Positions 1-8,708 of a DNA stretch of 64,000 nucleotides are shown one piece after another. The DNA comes from Blastocatellia bacterium. Lineage in GTDB: Bacteria; Acidobacteriota; Blastocatellia; UBA7656. Positions within the stretch are counted from its first letter, which is position 1; every line of letters starts with the position of its first letter. A program made the translations under genes and the position numbers. The stretch covers positions 115,300 through 179,299 of the forward strand of contig DASUNP010000004.1 of the NCBI GenBank assembly GCA_036277095.1, given 5' to 3'. The notes under the pieces are model-generated. The model was not told the origin of the DNA, did no database searches, and saw only the letters and a list, made by a program, of their open reading frames with translations.

Positions 1-51
1 CTGGGGATGAGGCGCGAAAAGCAGCGCGCAGTGTGGAATGAATCGCTGAGG

Positions 52-303
52 CTAGCTGGCTTTCTCGATCTTATCTATCCGGTCCTGCACGTAACGCATA
101 TCGCCGCGAAGCTTTACCATATCGCTGCTCATCACCTCAATGCGGCGTTCCATATCGCGAAACCCTTGACGCACTTCATCGCGCAATTCTGTAACCCCAT
201 TCTCAAGCGCGCCTATGCGGGTTTCCAGTCTTGCGCCGAGTTCATTGATGCGCTCAAGCACGGTTTCGATTGAGGGTTTGGTGTCGAGGTCGTCGCTGTT
301 CAT
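52..303 (-). CDS. hypothetical small coiled-coil protein (83 aa)
   Basis: Intact ORF downstream of galU on the same strand. The translation is heptad-rich and charged (ERINELGARLETRIGALENGVTELRDEV...). No recognisable catalytic motif. Confidence 0.35.
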   Translation of the reverse strand: MNSDDLDTKPSIETVLERINELGARLETRIGALENGVTELRDEVRQGFRDMERRIEVMSSDMVKLRGDMRYVQDRIDKIEKAS

Positions 304-343
304 GGCTTCAGTCTATTATGAAAATATGGAACTGGCAATGAAT

Positions 344-1204
344 TTATTCAGCTCCCAACCGCTTGCGCAAGAGCGGCTCAATTGCGGCGCGCAGCTCTTC
401 ATCATCCATCACGTATTCCATCATCGTCCTGAGATAATTAACAGGGTCGCCTATCGTCAGCCATCTGCCATTGACTACGGATTCCGATACAATGCGACCG
501 CCGCGATTGAGGTATTCGTGCATGGCGTCAGTAAGCCAAAGCTCGTTTGATTTGCCGAGGGGAATCTCTTTCAGTATTTGTATGATCTCGTGTGAGAGGA
601 GGAAGCGACCAAATAAAGCAAGATTTGATCTGGCTTCGCTGCGAGACGGTTTTTCGACAAGATCGTCCACTTCTTGAATCTCGCTCCCCTCTTTGATCTG
701 AGCAATGCCGTGGCGCTCGACAATCTCCCACGGAATCTCCTGTGTTCCGGCCACCAGCGCCCCTGTCCGCTCGTGCTTTTCAATAAGCTGACGAGTAAAC
801 GGTGATTCAGATTTGACGATATCGTCGCCGTAAGCGTAAATAAAACCCTCGTCCTTGGGTATGTGCGGTTGGGCGACAATGAGTGGCGTGCCGTTGCCAT
901 AAGCACCTTGTTGAGGCTCGAAGATCATTTCGACTCCCGCGAGCTTATCAGCAAATTCGTCCATCGCTTCATGTTGCCCGCGCGGCGGAAGATCCGTCAT
1001 GCTGTATTGGCGGCGCAAGGGCTCTGCATTCCTGCCGGTTATGATGATAATCTTCCTTACGCCAGAGTCGATGAACTCTTCAACGATGAGATGAATAGCG
1101 GGCTTGCTCATTATTGGTAGAAGCTCTTTTGGATAACCCAGCGTGACAGGCAACATTCGCGTCCCTGAGCCCGCAGCAGCTATCACACCTGTTTCAACTT
1201 TCAT
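344..1204 (-). CDS. galU: UTP--glucose-1-phosphate uridylyltransferase (UDP-glucose pyrophosphorylase)
   Basis: N-terminal sugar-nucleotidyltransferase G-rich loop GVIAAAGSGTRMLP. Length of 286 aa is typical of GalU. Confidence 0.8.
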   Translation of the reverse strand: MKVETGVIAAAGSGTRMLPVTLGYPKELLPIMSKPAIHLIVEEFIDSGVRKIIIITGRNAEPLRRQYSMTDLPPRGQHEAMDEFADKLAGVEMIFEPQQGAYGNGTPLIVAQPHIPKDEGFIYAYGDDIVKSESPFTRQLIEKHERTGALVAGTQEIPWEIVERHGIAQIKEGSEIQEVDDLVEKPSRSEARSNLALFGRFLLSHEIIQILKEIPLGKSNELWLTDAMHEYLNRGGRIVSESVVNGRWLTIGDPVNYLRTMMEYVMDDEELRAAIEPLLRKRLGAE

Positions 1205-1469
1205 CCACGACCCCCGTAATATAGATTAAAGATTGGAGCAGCGTAATTTCGCGAAGAGTAAAGATGATTCGATAAAAGAAAACCGTGGTGAACGATTTCA
1301 TACGCGACTCAATTCTACGATCACGAGAACCTGTTTGACAATGATGACTGAACAGCTTGCAGACGCGACGAACTTTGATATTTGCTTCATAAGCGAGTAA
1401 TGTACATGGCAGTAAGGCTCAATCATTTCCATCCTGTCGCCGTCTCGACCAGGGCTGGGGGGCAAAAGC

Positions 1470-2705
1470 ATGAATGATGGTGTAGCACTCGATGTGCTTG
1501 CAAAGAACCAGGATTTATTACGCGGCTCATTGGAGACTCTGGATCAAGAGGCCATAGTTAAGGCCTTTCTCTGGCTTAATGGCGAGGGGTCTTTCCCCTA
1601 TCCATCATCTATCCATTTAGACCTGACACTCAGATGCTCCGCCCGTTGCGCCCATTGCATGCAATGGGCATGGCCTGATCACGCAGAGCTCACGCTTTCC
1701 CAGCTCAAACAGCTCTTCGAAGTTTTCAGCTCGTGGGGAGTAAAAACTATAACCTTCGGTGGAGGCAACCCCCTGCTCCACGACCATTTCATTCCAGCGA
1801 TCAAGATGGCGTGTGAGGCTAAAATGGAAGTGGGCATTATTTCCGAGGGCATGGAAATGTCTAGCGAGCTGGCCAGCGCCATCTGTAAATATGGAAGGTG
1901 GATACGTTTCTCCTTAGACGGCCCGACACCTGAGATTCACGATAGCATTCGCAATGCTCCAGGATTGTTTAACCTTGTTTTATCCTGCATTGAATCTCTT
2001 CAAGCGGTTCCCAGCCCGTTACTAATCGGCCTTAATTGTGTTGTGCAAAAAAAGAATGTCAGCTCGCTGGCGGGGATGACTGAGCTTGCTGAGCGGATAG
2101 GTGTAGATACCCTACTATTCAAGATTCCTCACGGCGACGATCCCAACTCTCGTTTCTTGCCGTCCATAAATGAATGGAGAATGTTTGTTGAATGGATTCA
2201 CGCAACCGCTGATAAAAAGAGCTCCGTAAGAAACAATTTGAAAGAGCTGTCAGAATTGCTCGCTCCTGTATTTCTCGAAGAGGATGTTGTCGCCGGCAGG
2301 CCCGTAAGGGAATTCTACAAGCGAATAAATGCTCGTTGCTTTGCGCCCTTCTTCTTTCTCGTGTGCGATTCGGAAGGCAATGCTTACCCGTGCGATTATC
2401 TTCAGGCAGATACTCGCCAGTGGGGCGGTAAGTATGTGAATATTCGCAATGAATTCCGTTTGGGCAATATTCTGGAGGACAGTCAGGGAGTAATCGATAG
2501 ACTGGCGAGCATGATGCGCGAGCGAGTTCACCGTTTGCCAGGCTGCGGCTATGATGAATGCGGCTGCTGTACGCGCTTCTTCCAATTGAATGCCGCTCTC
2601 ACAAGTATCGATGATGGGCTGAAGAATCTGGCTGTTGATAGGAAGACTGTCCGCGAGCGGATCGCGCAAGTAAAGAACGAAGGCCCCGGCGCGTCGTTTT
2701 TGTAA
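1470..2705 (+). CDS. radical SAM enzyme with C-terminal SPASM domain (peptide/protein-modifying maturase family)
   Basis: CxxxCxxC cluster CSARCAHC near the N-terminus. C-terminal Cys-rich SPASM-like region: CFAPFFFLVCDSEGNAYPCDY ... LPGCGYDECGCC. GC about 48-50%, lower than neighbouring genes. Confidence 0.85.
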   Translation: MNDGVALDVLAKNQDLLRGSLETLDQEAIVKAFLWLNGEGSFPYPSSIHLDLTLRCSARCAHCMQWAWPDHAELTLSQLKQLFEVFSSWGVKTITFGGGNPLLHDHFIPAIKMACEAKMEVGIISEGMEMSSELASAICKYGRWIRFSLDGPTPEIHDSIRNAPGLFNLVLSCIESLQAVPSPLLIGLNCVVQKKNVSSLAGMTELAERIGVDTLLFKIPHGDDPNSRFLPSINEWRMFVEWIHATADKKSSVRNNLKELSELLAPVFLEEDVVAGRPVREFYKRINARCFAPFFFLVCDSEGNAYPCDYLQADTRQWGGKYVNIRNEFRLGNILEDSQGVIDRLASMMRERVHRLPGCGYDECGCCTRFFQLNAALTSIDDGLKNLAVDRKTVRERIAQVKNEGPGASFL

Positions 2706-2717
2706 TCCTTAGACGGT

Positions 2718-3704
2718 TTGAGAACTCTTATGCCTCATGTATTCATTAGCTATTCGCACGACGATGAAGACAAAGCTCGGACCGTGAAGGACTATCTAGC
2801 GGATGCCGGGATCAAAGCGTTTATCGATACCTCGAAGCTAAAGGCAGGCGACGAATGGCGCATAGAATTGCAATCCGCTTTGGATAGCGCGTTCGCGGTC
2901 ATCGTCATCTGTACAAAGGCTTCGATGGCATCGCAAGAAGTTGCGTTTGAGTGGGCTTATGCGATGGGACAAGGCACGATAATTATTCCTTTGATTTACG
3001 AGCCTGATACCCGGATTCATTCACGTTTGCAAACGCTTCAGCATCTTCAGTTTTCCGATCCGCGTCAGCGCCCGTGGGGAACGCTAACCAAATTTCTTTC
3101 AGACGCGCGCGATAATTATGAGCCGACATCGGCGTTTCTGCGGCAAGCCGGTATTTTCCGAATCGTTTACTCCCGGTCCGATTTGGGCCAGGAATACTCG
3201 ATTTCAGGCATATTGAATCAGGTTAAAGCGAGCGCTGAATTACTCGTCATCTCGCGCAGCGGAGAGGCTTGGGCTAGAGAGTTTAATCATATGCAAACCG
3301 CGCTGAACGAAAAATCTTTGCATATCAGGCTCGCCCTTGTTAACCCTGACATTCCCAGAGAGCAATGGATGATACGGTCAGATTACGCACATTCGGACAC
3401 TGGATCAACTGTAAGCAAACTGAATCAGATAAAGATTGAGCAAAGCTCTAAAGGCATTCTTCAGGTTTATTATCTGCCGAGCTCTCCATTATTCTCTTTT
3501 GTTCATTTCGAGGATCAAGACAGCAACAAATGGGGAATTCTCGAAGCGGGAGCTGGTCTGCCTTTAAACGAACGCACAATTCTGATATTGAAGTCAGGCG
3601 ATCACGAGGAAGGATTGATCCTGAAAAGAATACACAAAATATATGCCAGTGTGTTGAAAGATTTGAGTCCCGTTATCGATCTTCGCTCATTAGCAGCGGG
3701 CTAG
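2718..3704 (+). CDS. TIR-domain protein with uncharacterised C-terminal domain of about 200 aa
   Basis: N-terminus reads VFISYSHDDEDKARTVKDYLADAGIKAFIDTSKLKAGDEWRIELQSALDSAFAVIVICTKAS, the canonical start of a bacterial TIR domain. The ORF track begins at a TTG (2718). The first ATG is at 2730 (MPHVFISY), which is the likelier start. It lies 13-25 nt after the rSAM stop. GC is low, about 48%. Confidence 0.8.
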   Translation: MRTLMPHVFISYSHDDEDKARTVKDYLADAGIKAFIDTSKLKAGDEWRIELQSALDSAFAVIVICTKASMASQEVAFEWAYAMGQGTIIIPLIYEPDTRIHSRLQTLQHLQFSDPRQRPWGTLTKFLSDARDNYEPTSAFLRQAGIFRIVYSRSDLGQEYSISGILNQVKASAELLVISRSGEAWAREFNHMQTALNEKSLHIRLALVNPDIPREQWMIRSDYAHSDTGSTVSKLNQIKIEQSSKGILQVYYLPSSPLFSFVHFEDQDSNKWGILEAGAGLPLNERTILILKSGDHEEGLILKRIHKIYASVLKDLSPVIDLRSLAAG

Positions 3705-3719
3705 GCGCTATATTTTTTT

Positions 3720-4136
3720 ATGGCTGAAAAACGACCTGACCAAAATAATTCCTATGTAGTCGGCAACGCCGTTGACGAAGGTCAGCAAGAAAACCAGAGG
3801 GGCTGGTTTGTTGGGCACTTTATCCCCAACGATTGCGGATTAAGGTGTACTCCTGATGTAGAGATCAAATGGGGCATACACCCAGGTAACGAAAAAAAGC
3901 CCGCCGCCAGCTCAAATGGAGAGAGCACTACTTTAACTCTCTTGATAAGCGGTCTGTTTCTTATTAGCTTTCCCGAGCTTGGCGCTACTATTACTCTCGA
4001 ACGCGAGGGTGATTATGTCGTTTCTGCCCCCGGAGTTTTGCACGGTTGGAAAGCTATAAAGGACTCAGTAGTTTTGACAGTCCGCTGGCCCTCCGTAATA
4101 AACGACAAGGCAGATGTCAGGGACAAAGAAGCATAG
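3720..4136 (+). CDS. small hypothetical protein (138 aa), possibly a cupin-like beta-barrel
   Basis: Starts 16 nt after the TIR gene stop on the same strand. GC about 47%. Mixed charged/hydrophobic sequence with a predicted beta-rich core (TLTLLISGLFLISFPELGATITLEREGDYVVSAPGVLHGW). No confident family assignment. Confidence 0.5.
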   Translation: MAEKRPDQNNSYVVGNAVDEGQQENQRGWFVGHFIPNDCGLRCTPDVEIKWGIHPGNEKKPAASSNGESTTLTLLISGLFLISFPELGATITLEREGDYVVSAPGVLHGWKAIKDSVVLTVRWPSVINDKADVRDKEA

Positions 4137-4143
4137 CCTTGTA

Positions 4144-4593
4144 TCATCGTTTCTCGGTCTTCATCATAACGAACCCGTCCAGCGAGTCGTTGTAATAATT
4201 CTCTATTCGCTCAAGTATGAAATAACCATGCTTTTCATAAAAGCCCTGCGCGCCTTTGTCATCGACAGGAGTTTCGAGGTAGATGGCCTCCGCTCCACGA
4301 CCCCATAGCCAGGCTTCGATCTCTGCCAGCAACCGGCTGCCTACGGCCTTCCGCTGGCGATGAGGCACGACATCGATTGTGATTATATGGCCGAGCCTCT
4401 CGGCTTCCGATTTGGCAATGACAAAGCCGACGACTTCGCCACGGTCTTCGGCAATCAAAGTCCGGCTTGCTCGATTTCGCAGGTAGAATTGGAGTTCGAG
4501 ATGGGAGTATGCGATTCCGGGTTCAAAGGCCGCCTGGTCTATCTCGTATAATCTTTCAAAGTCGGCGGGTTTGTACTCGCGAATCTTAACCAT
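4144..4593 (-). CDS. GNAT family N-acetyltransferase
   Basis: Acetyl-CoA binding core of GNAT acetyltransferases, RimI-like: VVGFVIAKSE...HIITIDVVPHRQRKAVGSRLL...AEAIYLETPVDDKGAQGFYEKHGY. Confidence 0.8.
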   Translation of the reverse strand: MVKIREYKPADFERLYEIDQAAFEPGIAYSHLELQFYLRNRASRTLIAEDRGEVVGFVIAKSEAERLGHIITIDVVPHRQRKAVGSRLLAEIEAWLWGRGAEAIYLETPVDDKGAQGFYEKHGYFILERIENYYNDSLDGFVMMKTEKR

Positions 4594-4599
4594 ACCCCT

Positions 4600-4950
4600 C
4601 TAAGGGCTGCGCAGGTAGGCGTCGTCGCCCTGCTCCCAGTCTGAGCGCGGCGGCGAGAAAACGTCAAGCGCGTCTGTGTCTTCTACTGCTTCGACGTAGT
4701 GGGTTGCGAAGGGCGGAATCTGAATGGTCTCGCCCGACCGCACTATGATCTCGTCACCGTCGACTATGAATTTGAGCGCGCCCGTGATGACAGTCGACAT
4801 CTGTTCGTTCGCGTGGCTGTGGGCTTGAACGAGGCACCCTTTCTTTAGGAAGAACCTTGCCATTGTGACGTTGGTGCTTGAAATATAGCGGCGAGTTAAT
4901 AGATCTGTGATCTGTTCGCTCTCAATATCGTTCCAGTTGTGAAGCTTCAT
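4600..4950 (-). CDS. cupin domain protein
   Basis: Small 116-aa protein with a two-His cupin signature (GCLVQAHSHANEQMSTVITG ... PPFATHYVE). Confidence 0.65.
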   Translation of the reverse strand: MKLHNWNDIESEQITDLLTRRYISSTNVTMARFFLKKGCLVQAHSHANEQMSTVITGALKFIVDGDEIIVRSGETIQIPPFATHYVEAVEDTDALDVFSPPRSDWEQGDDAYLRSP

Positions 4951-4975
4951 ATCGACCTCCGGACGAACCCTATTT

Positions 4976-5563
4976 CTACACAGTTAACGCTTCATGCTCA
5001 AGAGACGCCATCTCGATAAAAAGTGAATGAACGCGGTTGTCGCTTGTAAGCTCAGGGTGAAAAGTTGCGGCGAGCAAGTTGTTCTGCCTAACAAGAACCG
5101 GCTCGCCATTTATCGTTGAAAGCGTTTCGACGCCCGCGCCGATGCGCGTGATTCGCGGAGCGCGGATAAAGACTGCTTCCATCGGCCCATCCCCGAGCGA
5201 CGTGTCGACCTTTCGGATGAAGCTATCGATCTGCCGCCCGTAAGAATTCCGCTCTACGATGATGTCCATCAGCCCGAGCGACTGTTGCTCGGGGTTATGA
5301 ACTTCGCTCGCCAGCAGGATCGCGCCCGCGCAAGTGCCGAAGACAGCCTTTCCCGCACGCGCAAATTCCCTGATCGGATCGACCAAATACTCTTCGAGCA
5401 TGACCTTGAGAATGGTAGTGCTCTCGCCGCCCGGGATAATCAACCCGTCGAGCATTGCGAGTTGCTCGGCGCGGCGGACTTCAACCGGCTCGACGCCCGA
5501 GCGAGCAAGCACGCGCGCGTGCGCCGCGAAATCTCCCTGGATTGCGAGAACCCCAACCTTCAT
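4976..5563 (-). CDS. pdxT: pyridoxal 5'-phosphate synthase glutaminase subunit PdxT
   Basis: Class I glutamine amidotransferase: GLIIPGGESTT, catalytic GTCAG, C-terminal HPE. Immediately downstream of pdxS. Confidence 0.9.
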   Translation of the reverse strand: MKVGVLAIQGDFAAHARVLARSGVEPVEVRRAEQLAMLDGLIIPGGESTTILKVMLEEYLVDPIREFARAGKAVFGTCAGAILLASEVHNPEQQSLGLMDIIVERNSYGRQIDSFIRKVDTSLGDGPMEAVFIRAPRITRIGAGVETLSTINGEPVLVRQNNLLAATFHPELTSDNRVHSLFIEMASLEHEALTV

Positions 5564-5564
5564 G

Positions 5565-5670
5565 ATTTTGGATTTTAGATTTTAGATTTTGGATTGACGG
5601 AGTTGGATATAGACTTACGTCAGCAGGTTAAAGCTCTGCAATCCAAAATCCAAAATCCAAAATCCAAAAT
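5565..5670. repeat. imperfect inverted repeat built from tandem heptamers (ATTTTGG/ATTTTAG x4 ... CCAAAAT x4) with a loop of about 45 nt, in the pdxS-pdxT intergenic spacer
   Basis: Direct reading. Left arm attttggattttagattttagattttggatt (5565-5595). Right arm aatccaaaatccaaaatccaaaatccaaaat (5640-5670). The arms are reverse complements apart from two G/A differences. Confidence 0.7.
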
Positions 5671-5674
5671 CGAT

Positions 5675-6565
5675 TTACCAGCCTCTCGTCTGTAGCAATT
5701 CGCTTTCGGCCATCTTCGCGACATCAAGCCCACGCATCGCCTCGCCAAGCTCTTCGCTGGCTTCGAGAATCGCTTTCGGGTCACGGAAGTGAGTCGTCGC
5801 TTTCACGATAGCCCGCGCGCGAACTGCGGGGTCCGTAGATTTGAAAATGCCTGAGCCGACGAATACCGATTCGGCGCCAAGCTGCATGCAGAGCGCGGCG
5901 TCGGCGGGCGTAGCCACGCCGCCCGCTGCAAAGTTAGGCACGGGTAACCGCCCGTCGCGCGCGACCATTCGCACTATCTCGTAGGGAGCGCCGAGATTCT
6001 TGGCTTCGGCCATCAACTCTTCCTGCCCGAGAATAGTGAGGCGCTTGATCTCGTTATGAATTCGCCTCAGATGCCGGACCGCTTCGACGATATTACCCGA
6101 CCCGGCTTCGCCTTTGGTGCGCATCATTGCCGCGCCTTCTCCGATTCGGCGCAAAGCTTCTCCGAGGTTACGCGCCCCGCAGACGAAAGGCACTTTGAAA
6201 GCGTGCTTATCGATGTGATGTTCTTCGTCGGCGGGCGTCAGCACTTCGCTTTCATCTATGAAATCTACGCCGAGAGCCTCAAGCACCTGTGCCTCGACCA
6301 GGTGGCCTATGCGGACTTTCGCCATGACAGGAATTGTGACTGCGGCCATGATCTCGCGAATCTTTTTCGGCGAGGCCATGCGCGCGACGCCGCCTTCTGC
6401 ACGGATGTCTGCGGGCACGCGCTCAAGCGCCATCACCGCAACCGCGCCCGCCTCTTCGGCTATCCTTGCCTGCTCGGCGTCGGTCACGTCCATTATCACT
6501 CCGCCTTTCAGCATCTCTGCCAGGCCTGTCTTCAAGCGAATTGAATTGTCAGTCATCTCTTTCAC
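5675..6565 (-). CDS. pdxS: pyridoxal 5'-phosphate synthase lyase subunit PdxS
   Basis: Full-length match to the PdxS/SNZ family (GGVIMDV..., ...[15 protein letters not shown]...GEAGSGN...). Confidence 0.95.
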   Translation of the reverse strand: MKEMTDNSIRLKTGLAEMLKGGVIMDVTDAEQARIAEEAGAVAVMALERVPADIRAEGGVARMASPKKIREIMAAVTIPVMAKVRIGHLVEAQVLEALGVDFIDESEVLTPADEEHHIDKHAFKVPFVCGARNLGEALRRIGEGAAMMRTKGEAGSGNIVEAVRHLRRIHNEIKRLTILGQEELMAEAKNLGAPYEIVRMVARDGRLPVPNFAAGGVATPADAALCMQLGAESVFVGSGIFKSTDPAVRARAIVKATTHFRDPKAILEASEELGEAMRGLDVAKMAESELLQTRGW

Positions 6566-6567
6566 TC

Positions 6568-7479
6568 CTACGACAGAAGAATCTCGCCGCGCCCCGTTAT
6601 CACAACTCCGCCTCCGACGCGGATCGCGGTTACTTCCTTCGTGCTGGTATCTGTGTCTACTTCGATGTGAAGCAGGCTGGGCCGCTTCATCTCAAATCCT
6701 TGCTCGCTGATGATCTTTGTCGTGGCCGATGGCTCCACCATCCCATGCCTGACCATGTAAAAACCGAGAGGCCCGTTAGCCGACCCCGTCGCAGCATCTT
6801 CGAGTACTCCTGCCGCTGGCGCGAAGACTCGACAGTGAGCCGCGCTCGTGGGCTCGACGGTTTCGCGAGTGAACACCAGTACTGTCGCGGCTCCCATCTC
6901 GCGGCTGATAGCTTCTAACTTATTCGCGTCGACTCTGATTCTCTGCACGGCGTCGAGCGACGCGGCGGAGGCTATCAATACGGTTATGCCGTTGTAGATC
7001 GCCTCTGCCGGAAGCTCCGCCAAATCGCCCGTGTCGAGCGAGAGCGCCTGGGCGAGCCTCGCCCTGTCAGAGAAAGTCCCTTTTATCTGAGGCAGGGGCT
7101 GCGTCATCGTCGTGTGTCCCGCGCGGTCGCTCTCTGTATTCACGGTTACGCGAATCGGGCCGACTCCTGTTTCAAGCACCACCGTTGTCTCGCCGCCGGT
7201 CCACGCCTTCATGCGGTCTGCGACTATGACGTGGCCCGTGCCTACGCAGGGGTGTCCGGCAAAGGGGAGCTCCTCTGCGGGCGTGAATATCCTCACGCGG
7301 TAGTCGCCACCCTCTTCAGGCGGTAAAAGGAAAGTGGTTTCGGAATAATTCATCTCGCGCGCAATATTCTGCATCGTTGAAGTGTCAAGCCCCTCCCCGT
7401 CGATGAAGACCGCGAGCTGGTTTCCGCCGAAGCGCTGCTCAGTGAAAACATCTGCGATGACAAAGCTTCTGTTCCTCAT
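6568..7479 (-). CDS. PhzF family isomerase (phenazine biosynthesis protein PhzF-like)
   Basis: PhzF/YddE signature: [14 protein letters not shown]...[11 protein letters not shown]...[19 protein letters not shown]. Its start overlaps the stop of the upstream aminotransferase by 4 nt. Confidence 0.85.
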   Translation of the reverse strand: MRNRSFVIADVFTEQRFGGNQLAVFIDGEGLDTSTMQNIAREMNYSETTFLLPPEEGGDYRVRIFTPAEELPFAGHPCVGTGHVIVADRMKAWTGGETTVVLETGVGPIRVTVNTESDRAGHTTMTQPLPQIKGTFSDRARLAQALSLDTGDLAELPAEAIYNGITVLIASAASLDAVQRIRVDANKLEAISREMGAATVLVFTRETVEPTSAAHCRVFAPAAGVLEDAATGSANGPLGFYMVRHGMVEPSATTKIISEQGFEMKRPSLLHIEVDTDTSTKEVTAIRVGGGVVITGRGEILLS

Positions 7480-8687
7480 ATCAACCTCTTCTTCAGGATT
7501 CTTCCGATCCTGGAAACGCCTTCACGGATCATGTCCGGCGGGCGGTTCGAGAAATTCAACCTGATGAAGTTCTCCTTCGGCTCGCTGGCGAAAAACGGAG
7601 CGCCGGGGACGAATGAGACTTTGTCGGCTAACGCCTCCTCGAAAAGGTCCTGCCCGCTTATCGAAGGCGGCAGCTCCACCCACACAAACAACCCGCCTTC
7701 CGGCTGTGTCGGGCGACACTCGGCAGGGAACTCCTTCGCGATGGCGTCGAGCATCGTCTCGCACCGCGCGCCATACTCGCGCCTTAGCTCTGCGATATGC
7801 CCGTCATAATCGAACTCGGCCAGCAATCGCGCCGCCGCACGCTGTTCGACTGTCGAGGTGTGGAGGTCGGAAGCCTGCTTCACGATGACCATCGCCTGCA
7901 TTAGCTCAGAAGAACTGACGGCCCACCCCAATCTCATGCCGGGGCTTATCGTCTTTGAGAAGGTGCTGAGATAGATGACCAGCCCATCACGGTCTAAGGC
8001 GGCCAGCGGCGGTCGCGCCTCGCCCCTGTAACGAAGCTCGCCATATGGGTCGTCTTCGAGAATGGGGACCTGGTGTCGCCTGGAGAGCTCGATCAGTTGA
8101 TGCCTGCGAGCGGTGGAGAGCGACGTCCCTTTCGGGTTATGAAACTCGCTTACGATATAGATAAACTTAGGATTAGAATTGCCAAGCGCCATTTCCACCT
8201 GATCGACGTTGATCCCTTCGTCGTCGCTGTCGACTGCTATGAACGACGCCTCGTAGCTGGTGAATGTCTGTAGCGCAGCCAGGTAGCAAGGGTTCTCTAC
8301 AATGACTGTGTCGCCCGGCTCAAGAAAAATCCTGGCGACGAGGTCTATGCCCTGTTGCGACCCGCTCGTCATCAACACGCGGTCCGGGTGCGCGTCGATC
8401 CCTTTCTGCTTCATCCGGTTGGAAATCCATTCTCGAAGAGGCCGCCACCCTTCCGTAGTGCTGTATTGCAATGACTCCGGCCCTTCGTCCGCAAAGACCG
8501 CCGCGTGAGCCCGCGCCACCGCTTCGACCGGAAAAAGCTCAGGCGCGGGCATACCCCCCGCGAAAGAGATGATGTCGGGTCGCTCGCTCACCTTCAGAAT
8601 CTCGCGTATAGCAGAAACGTTCATCTTCTTCATGCGGCGCGCAAAACGAAAATTGCGCCGCTCTGTCTTTGCCGTCATAGTTGCCAT
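7476..8687 (-). CDS. PLP-dependent aminotransferase (class I/II, MocR-C-domain-like) without HTH
   Basis: The PLP-lysine region STFSKTISPGMRLGW is typical of the fold-type I aminotransferase family. Length 403 aa with no N-terminal wHTH. Confidence 0.8.
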   Translation of the reverse strand: MATMTAKTERRNFRFARRMKKMNVSAIREILKVSERPDIISFAGGMPAPELFPVEAVARAHAAVFADEGPESLQYSTTEGWRPLREWISNRMKQKGIDAHPDRVLMTSGSQQGIDLVARIFLEPGDTVIVENPCYLAALQTFTSYEASFIAVDSDDEGINVDQVEMALGNSNPKFIYIVSEFHNPKGTSLSTARRHQLIELSRRHQVPILEDDPYGELRYRGEARPPLAALDRDGLVIYLSTFSKTISPGMRLGWAVSSSELMQAMVIVKQASDLHTSTVEQRAAARLLAEFDYDGHIAELRREYGARCETMLDAIAKEFPAECRPTQPEGGLFVWVELPPSISGQDLFEEALADKVSFVPGAPFFASEPKENFIRLNFSNRPPDMIREGVSRIGRILKKRLI

Positions 8688-8708
8688 AATATCTCCTCGC
8701 TCGACCGG

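Noticed and set aside
1335-1363. A sigma-70 promoter for the rSAM cassette based on a perfect TTGACA at 1335-1340
   Set aside because: No acceptable -10 hexamer 16-18 nt downstream (the sequence there is tgcaga), so the promoter assignment is not supported by sequence alone.
2718-2729. TTG start codons proposed by the ORF track for the TIR gene (2718) and the SbcC-like gene (51936)
   Set aside because: In both cases an in-frame ATG follows within 4-6 codons (2730 and 51954), at which the conserved domain begins (MPHVFISY at 2730). The ATG starts are preferred. The TTG alternatives are not excluded.
6056-6918. Several 150-160 aa + strand ORFs (6056-6544, 6258-6710, 6466-6918)
   Set aside because: They are antisense to pdxS and the PhzF gene, which have unambiguous family matches. 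They are Ala/Arg/Ser-rich shadow ORFs.
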